This document shows positions 53,201 to 62,200 of a DNA stretch of 64,000 nt, piece by piece. The stretch lies in contig OZ286467.1 of assembly GCA_965644265.1 (NCBI GenBank), positions 63,240,001 through 63,304,000 on the forward strand, read 5' to 3'. The notes under the pieces are model-generated. The model was given only the letters and a program-made list of their open reading frames with translations, did no database searches and was not told the DNA's origin. This stretch comes from Glycera tridactyla. Taxonomy: Eukaryota. Made by a program: the position numbers and the translations under genes. The stretch's first letter is position 1; the number at the start of each line of letters is the position of its first letter.

Positions 53201-56200
53201 CTCTCTCAAGTTTGTCTGAAAGACATTGGCTCTAAAGATTGAAGGGTTGTATTTGAAAAAATATATTGAGCAGTCAATTCAAATGAAATGGATCACCAAT
53301 AACATTGAGTATATGAGACTCATCCATGTGATTATCCATTTGTCAATATATGGAGTCGAAAATGTGGAAATAATTGATGTATGGCCTCTCGACTGAAAAT
53401 TCCGTCCCCTTGAAATATCATTACAATGGTTGACCTATCTGACTCTGTATCTTTGTCTACTTCCAGCAGCCCCGGGAGCACCAACAACAGGTACGTGAAC
53501 ACCAATTAGTATCGGTATTCGATTCTACTAAATAAGCAAAATGAATACTCATTCCCGATTTCATCATTGTCGGACTGTACTTGAATGTACAAATCAAATC
53601 TGTGAACATGGGAGGATTGAGGTTCACTGTTGGAATTCGTCCCAGGGAGATAGTGCTTTCATGGATGTGTGGATGGAATGAGCACCCTCCTCATGCTGAT
53701 CATATTTTTATTTCTTATACTGCTGAGAACCATGCTTCATCCATATCACCCATATCTATAGCAGTAGCTACCACAGGTATGTTACACCAGTTGTTATTTA
53801 TTGCCATCAGTTGTACCAACCTCTCCATATTGATCAAACTAATCAATATATACAATTTCATCATCGTTTATTTGTCCATACGTATCCTGATTCATTTCCT
53901 AGTTGAGAGACATGACAGCAAATATATAGACTTCATCCATTTCACCCACATCTATATCTCAGCCATTCAAATGATAGTGCAGAATTACTTTGGTAGAACT
54001 AATTCTACTTAATGTTCATCCTCTTTGCTTTCTTAAGCCCCAGCAGCAGCTACCACAGGTATGTTCATACAAGTTGTTATCTTTTGCGGTCAGTTGAACC
54101 AACCTCTCTGTAGTGATCAAACTAATTGATATATAGAATTTCATCATCGTTTATTTGTCCATACATATCCTGAATCATTTCCTGGGCGAGAGGCATGACA
54201 GGGAATATATGGACTTCATCCACTTCGGCCACATCTATATCTCATCCATTCAAATGATAATGCAGAATTACTTTGGGAGAACGAATTTCACTTAATGTTC
54301 ATCCTCTTTGCTTTCAGAAGCACCAGCAGTAGGTACCACAGGTATGTAAACACCAGATTCTATTTTTTGCCGTCAGTAGTACCAACCTCGCCAAATTGAT
54401 CAAATTCCCATGTGTATTCCTATCCATTCAAGGGCAAAGAAGCATGAGAGCAACAATAATTAGTTCTGGATTCTTTAGTTGATCATCTATTCTCCCAAGT
54501 CTGTCCTAAAGATATTGGTACTCCAGATTGATCAGGTGCATCTCGAAAAATATATGTTGACTATTTCATTCAAATGCAATGGATCATCACTGACTTCGCG
54601 TATGTGAGCCTCATCACATTCGACATTCATATGTCATTCGATCATGTCGAAAATGAGGGAAACTATTCATGGATGGCCATTTTATCAAAAATTCTGTCAC
54701 TCCAAGATATTATTATAATAATTTATCTTACTCACTTTGTTATCTGTGTCTACTCTCTGTAGTGATCAAACTAATCGATATATAGAATTTCATCATCGTT
54801 TATTTGTCCATACATATCCTGAATCATTTCCTAGGCGAGAGGCATGACAGGGAATATATAGACTTCATCCACTTCACCCACATCTATATCTCATCCATTC
54901 AAATGATAATGCAGTATTACTTTGGGAGAACCCCCCCAGGTTTATTTATTTAACCTGGGGATCTATACTTACCATTTCTCCCTCAAATTTAGCATTCCCC
55001 GGGCCGATAGGCCTACGTGCGAACATTAAAACAATAAATATCCTATTTAGGGGTGTCCCTCCCGGCCGCCGGTAGTTCCTCCAGATGGCAGGTGGGACTG
55101 TTGTTGTTGTCCCTAGCAACTACCGAGTACTCTGTGTATTTTCAACGAGCGTTAAACTCTACAGCGGGGACGGACGGGAGGGACCATCCATTTGAGGGAG
55201 AAATGGTAAGTATAGATCCCCAGGTTAAATAAATAAACCTGGGGGGGATCTATCTGTACCATTTCTCCCTCAAATTTAGCATTGAATATGACATGGATGG
55301 AGGGTGTAGAGTAACACTCTCCCTGTCTCTCGGTGAATTATAAAATTCCTTAAAACCGAGTATTCATAAATTATACTATTTTCCGAGTAGGATTTTCTCT
55401 CCTTGTCTCTCAGGAAAGATTCTCTATATTAGAATCTAAACCCGAGTATTAATCTATATACACTATTATAGACTAGGAGATCCTCTCCTTGTCTCTCAGG
55501 AAAGATTCTCTATATTAGAATCTAAACCCGAGTATTAATCTATATACACTATTATAGACTCGGAGATCCGCTCCTTGTCTCTCAGGAAAGATTCTCTATA
55601 TCAGAATTTAAACCCGAGTATTAATCTATATTTACATTATTATAGACTAGGAGACCCATCTCCTTGTCTCTCAGGAAAAATTCTCTATTTCAGAATTTAA
55701 ACCCGAGTATTAATATATATATATACACTATTGTAGACTAGGAGACCCATCTCCTTGTCTCTCGGGAAAACTTCTCTATCTCAGAATTTAAACCCGAGTA
55801 TTGATCAATATATTACACTATTATAGCTCATCTTACTCTTCTCCATCATTATAGACCAGGATAATCATCCGTGTCTCTCAGGTTCTAATACCTGCAAACA
55901 GGTAAAATAAAAGTATGTAATCCCGAGTATTCAAAATTAATCCTTATTGCTATAAACAGTGAGTATTTAAAATCATCTACTCAGTCTCTCCTCTTGGATC
56001 AATTACTGACTGAGCAACTACAATGGGACCGAGAGAATATATATCCAAAGCCTGATTGCACATATCTCGGAGATAAAAATTTCCGAATGTGTTGCCAGAC
56101 TTCCAGTAAGCTGCTCTCATTAACTCGTCTATTGGGCAAGTCTGATTCAAAGATCTCCATGAGGCAGCAATGGCTCTAACCTCATGAGCAGAAATGTTGG

Positions 56201-59200
56201 TTGGTAACTCTCGGTCTCCCTCAGCGTTCTCATATGCTTGTCTCACTATCTGTTGTATCCAGGTTGAGACCCTGTCTACTCTTATCTCGCTTGATGTACC
56301 TCTATTTGGTGGAATTAGCAATCTAATTCTATTTGCTCTAAATTCCGCCACTCTCTCCAGATATGTATTGAGGATTCTTACTGGACATAAAGCAAGATCG
56401 AAGTCTGTTCTATTTCCTGAGTTCAAAGCTGGTATAATAATCTCTGGACCTCTAGATGAAGGCTTCTGGTTCTTTGCTAAGAACCCTGGAACCGAGAATA
56501 TTCGAACTCTAGAACGGTCTGCAGCAAATCTTACTGCCGAAGAGAACGCATGAATCTCACTTCTGCGCCTGCCCGAGGCCAGTGCCAACAGAAAAACAGT
56601 TTTCCTAGTCAAGTTGACTAAGCTACAAGATTCAAGGGGTTCAAAAGTACCTCCTTTAAGGAATCTCAAAACAATTGCAATATCCCAAAGAGGGACTGTT
56701 TTCTGCTGCACCGGTCTCTCAAGCTCAAGATTATTCTGCAAGGCTTTCAGGTCTTTTCCATTTAAAACTTGACAGTCTGTATGAATGAAAACTGACTGGA
56801 GGGCGTTACGGTAACCCCAAATCGTAGCTGGTTTCAGGCCCGATTCAAATAGCTCTATGAAAAAATCTGCTACTTCTGGAGTAGAGGGGTTCTTACAATC
56901 CACCCCATGGCTCCTGCTCCAGAAAAACCACTTTTTCCATCTACTGTTGTAGATGGATGCGGAAGATCCTCGGATGGACCTAGCGATCCGCTCTGTCGCC
57001 TTTGCAGAATAACCTTTGCTTGAGAGGGCTCCCCGGACAGACACCAAGCGGTCAGCCCCATCAACTGAGGACGAAAATGATGGACTCTCTTCCTCCCTAC
57101 TATTTGTGTCATCATCTGATTGCAAAGAGGCAATTCCAGGGGCTGATCTATTGATAGTTCTAAGAGATCCGGGAACCACGACTGATTCGGCCACCATGGT
57201 GCTATGCAAATCAGTGTGATTCCCAGACCCCTCAGCTTCCCTATGACATCTTTGATCATTCCTGTTGGCGGGTATATATAGGCTAGCCCTAGGTTGTTCC
57301 AGTCTGTTGACATTGCATCTACCGCTAAAGCTTCCTGATCTGGAATTGGGCTTATGAAAATGGGTAGTTTGGTATTTTGGGCCGTTGCCATTAGGTCTAT
57401 ATTCGGGAATAGGTTGAATCTCACTAAAATCTGATTGAATATCTGTTGGTCTAGTTCCCATTCCGTCTGAATGGGTTTCGCTCGGGAGAGAGCATCTGCA
57501 ATGACATTCCTCTTCCCCGGAATATGTCTGACCTGAATAAATAGTTGTAGAATCTCCGCCAACATGAATATTTGCCACGCCAGGCCGCATAGAAGTGATG
57601 AGTGGGTGCCCCCCTGCTTGGCTAGGTAAGACACTGTTGTTGTGTTGTCTGAGAGCACCAGCACTACCTGAGATTGAAGATGCATAGAGAACTCTTTCAT
57701 TGCTAAAAGTACTGCTTCTAGCTCTAATGCATTTATAGATCTCCCCCTGTGTGTTGCTGGCCACTCTCCTGCACACTGGAGTCGATGATCCTCCACTGTG
57801 AGGTATGCACCCCATCCTTGCAGGGAAGCATCCGTCATCAAGGTTACTGTAACCTGACGTGGTCTCAGAGGAACTCCTCCGTATACATTTTCCTTCTGTT
57901 GCCACCATTTCAATGTCTCTAGAATAGGACTGGGGACAGTTAGAAGAATTTCTAGAGAGTCCATGAATGGGCGCCATTCCGATAACAGAAACATCTGTAG
58001 AGGACGCATATGTAGGCGTCCCATGTGTACGAAATCCGACATGCTGGACATGTGTCTGAGCAGTCTCAGAATGGCTCTGGCTGGCTGCCGAGGTCTCCTC
58101 AGGAACAGTAGAATGCAAAGATTGATCTTTACCACTCTCCTCCATGCAGGCTTTACTAGACACTCTTGAGTATTGAAATCTATCCCGAGATAAGTAAATT
58201 GTTGACTTGGAATTAGGTCTGACTTTTCTTTGTTGACTATCAGTCCCAAGTTCCCTGATAGGTCTAGGACGTATTTCAACTGCTCCTGAAGAATGGATGG
58301 GTCCTGGTGCCTCAGCAGCCAGTCGTCCAGGTAAAAATGTATTCTTATTCCTCTCTGATGGAGGTGTTGCGCCACTTCCCTCAGCACCATGGTAAAGACC
58401 CTGGGTGCTGAGGAAAGGCCGAAGGGGAGGGCTCGAAACTGATAAGCCTCCTCCTTCGACACAGCAAAACGCAGATACTTTTGAAAACTCTGATGGATCG
58501 GCACATGAAAATATGCATCTTTCAAGTCTATGGAGACCGTCCAATCTAGTGGTGCTATTGACTTCACCACAGATAGGGCGGTCTCCATCTTGAACTTCTG
58601 ATTGTGAATCAGGGTATTCAATGGTCTTAAATTGATAATTGGCCGAAATCCCCCTGTTGCCTTGGAGACCAGGAACAGATTGCAATAAAACCCTGGTTCC
58701 TCGTCCGGATTGATTCTGATTATTGCCTGTTTCTGAATCATGTTCCTGATCTCCAAGAATAAGGCTTCTTTCTTCTCCTTGTTCTTCGGTAGAGAGAAAG
58801 GGAGGGCAACTGGAGAAAGTGGAGGAAGTTCCTTGAAAGATAGGGTGAGACCCTCCTTGATTATTCCTAAGACAAATCTGTTGGTGGTTAGGCTGTGCCA
58901 TTGAATCTGAAATTCCATCAAACGAGCTCCTACAATCTGCGTCCCCGAGGGAGTGACGCTCGTCTCCCTAGGGCCGACGTTTCTTTCCGCGTCCCCTCCC
59001 TCTAGGAAATCTACCTCTCAACTCTTGATTGGACTTTTGAAACTGCTGTTGGTTATTGTAGTCATTACTATTGTCATTCCTATTGTTATTCTGTGCTCCT
59101 CTACCTCTACCTCTGCCTTTTGATCTCTGCCCTCCTCTTCCTCTAAAGGTACCTCTACCTCTAAACTGGGAAGATCCTCTTGGTGTTCCTGCTGTCTGAG

Positions 59201-62200
59201 AGCGTAAATATCCGGGAGTTCTATAATCAAAAGCTAACTCTCTGGATACTCTCCCTGCTTCGAATGATTGCTTGGATGCCTCTAACAATTTTCCTCCAAA
59301 CAATTCCTCTTGGCCTAGAGGTAAGGCTCTAAGCTGGGACTTGGTCTCCTCATCAAAATCTAGAGTTCTAAGAGCTTGTGTTCTCCTCCCCAACTCCATG
59401 TTCCCTGCAACCTTTAATATTAGTTGGGCAGTGTGACCGATGGCCTTTAAACCTACCCTGGTTGCGTTCTTGGCTTTCTTCTTGATGTCCTTGACCTCTG
59501 CCTCGGGAACATCAGCAGCACATAAACTAGAAGCAAGGGCAAAGTCCGCGTAACTAAGTGTTTTGACTGCTTCTCTCAGAGTTATTTCATCGTTTGAGGG
59601 CTTTAGATCAACTTTGGAAGGTTTACTATATTTGACAAAATCCGAGTCTATTAGAGGAGCCTCTACCAGATAACGTTTTGACCTTTCACCAGTTCTCCTG
59701 ATTTTATAGGATCGAGAATTGCAGCCATATACTCTAGGTATAGCAACTCTGAAATATTTAGCTGAGGATCCCACCATTCCTCCTCTGTCTAATTTGAAGT
59801 CTTCAAAGGAAGTCGATATTGGTATGAGCTTCTGACCCTTGTCGCGGCCTTGAAGAGCTCTATCCAGAATTTCTTGGCTGTTAATGAGTAGATAAGACAA
59901 TGGTAAAGATGTCTCAGCCAAATTCTCGACTTCTCTGCCTTCATCATCATCATCTTCTGACATTTCTATACCATGAGTCTGAGCTACGCCTTCTCCTTCC
60001 TTGTCAAATGGATCAGGAACTGAAATAACGGATGGGAGCATTTCTGCTGCAAATCTACGGAAGGCTCTCATTCTTCTACGTACTGCTGGTCTCTCCTTTT
60101 CCCCTTCAGAATCCTGACCTGAGTCCTCCTTCTTGTTCTCCTCATTTTTCTTCTCTAACTTACTAGCTAAAGAATCTATCTTCTGCTGCATGGCTTGAAA
60201 CCTAGCTTCAGAATGCAAGTCATCTCTTCTTCTATTTCCCAATTCCTCTACTGCTTCCTTATCAGATCTACTATCACCCATGACAGCAACCTTATTTGGT
60301 GCGGCTGCAGTACATGGAATAATTCTCATGGCCTTTGGCAATCTGATTGGCAAGTCCTGTTCTACTGAACTCTGGTTCTTCCTTCTAGTAGAAAGTGATT
60401 TTATTGGGCTAGGGTTCATCCTAGATCTAGCCTCTTCCATAAACATGTCTAATTCTCTGAGCTTATCTTCCATTTCCTTTTTCTTTTGAGATAGCTCGAT
60501 AAACTGACTTCTCACTGAGGAGCGAACGGAGGATGGAGAGCCAAACACAGTTGGTTGTAGGGTATTGTCTTCTTCATCATCTAAATTATCTCTATGCACT
60601 ATAGCCTGGACTGTCCTACTGTGTTGCTGTGAGATAATATGATGGTCTTGGCCAATAAACTCATGAACTGGTGAGGATTCTATATCCACTATATTCCTCA
60701 ATTGGTTCTCATCATTGGCCTGAGTAGGAGAAATCTCATTATCGGATACTTGTGAGGAAGCGGCATGAGACACTACTTTCAATCGGTCATTGACTATGGC
60801 CCCTTCTGATACTGAGGCAGAGTGTCTACTTTGCCCTCCGCAATGAGAATCAACCCTTCGGTTGCTAGTTTTCTCATCCAGACCCTGGTTATCTACTGCC
60901 GGGACATCAGCGGCTATGTTTTTCCCCCTGTCCGTTGGTGTATTCCTCTTTGTCTGTTCTATCTGGGAAGAGTTCTCAGTGACCCTTTGACTGAGCTCCT
61001 CCCTAACTGACCTATTAGTCCCGATACCAACTGGACGAGGAATACTACTTCTTCTAGAAACAGATCTGGATCCTATTGATGATCTATCCAACTCAATATT
61101 ATGTTGGGCTAAACTCTTGTTCAGCGAGTTAGAATCTATACCATGATCCGACCTGTTTTCCTCTTGGGTACGATGTCTACCCTCCAAAGGTGAGGGTCCA
61201 GAGACATCAGGAGGTTCTGTATTCCCAGAGTCTAATGGTTCAGCTTCATTCATTTTCTCTCTCTCTCTCTTTCTAGCTAGCTCCTTCCTTTTCTTGATGG
61301 ACTCAACTGATTGAGGTCTCAGTTCCAACTCGTCAGCTAAACTACTGCTAGCTTCAGAGATGTTGGTCCTAGCAGGGAGCTTAGCCAAAACTATCTTCGC
61401 AGATTTGAGCTTTTTGGTAGCTAGTTCCTTATACGTGATTGGTTCAGAACTAACTGAGACTCTGGGGATACTATCACAAGAAACTGTTCTTCTTCTGAGA
61501 GAGAGGGTACGTCTAGTATAATGTGCTTCCCACCTATCTTTGGGCCATTCAGCACAGATTTCACACATCTTCTGGTTGCCGGAATTGAAATCCCTATCTC
61601 CGCACTGTCTGCATAAGGGACAAGTTTGATGATTATCCCAAGTTGGCATAACGTGCCCACAGGAGCCATTTTTCAAACCAGAAGACATGTTGAAGTATGT
61701 TAAGTCTGGGTGACCTTTTCTCTTCAGTTGGGTGTACAATTGCAGTGATCTATATTATGACCGGGAGTGAGTCAGCATTCACTGGTGATGACTGTAAAGG
61801 ACAAGAGCAAGATATGAAAATCACAGACGTCAGTACGCCATTTCACAACTCTATAGTGACTACACCGACCTAAGTCATTTCTGCCAAAAGACAACAAAGA
61901 ACACTTGTTTGTTGGATATATTATTTGTACATCATAAAGCTCAACATTCAATAAATAATGCCATGTCTGAGTGAAGTGTTATGTCAGAATGCTCAGCGGG
62001 AGTAACTGCTCACTGGAGATGAGTGTGATATTTCCAGGATGCTCAGCAAGAGTAACTGCTCCCAGGAGACGAGTGTGATTTAGATAAACAGAGCCGCGAT
62101 CAAGTAGCGTCCGTAGCAACCGAGACAACGAAGTGTGACGGAGAATAAACGTAATTCCACCACTGACAATGTCACCAAATCGATTCGAATTCTCTCTAAT

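Noticed and set aside
31012-54762. Dozens of recurrent 60-205 aa ORFs in the array (e.g. MHHRRISRQF..., MNVQIKSVNM..., MQWIITDF...)
   Set aside because: They are intron read-through around tiny exons, repeated only because the DNA is repeated. Stops and starts differ between units and only the microexon portions keep a coherent frame.
55994-61669. Plus-strand and minor-frame ORFs inside the DIRS element
   Set aside because: Antisense or alternative-frame by-products of the three real ORFs.
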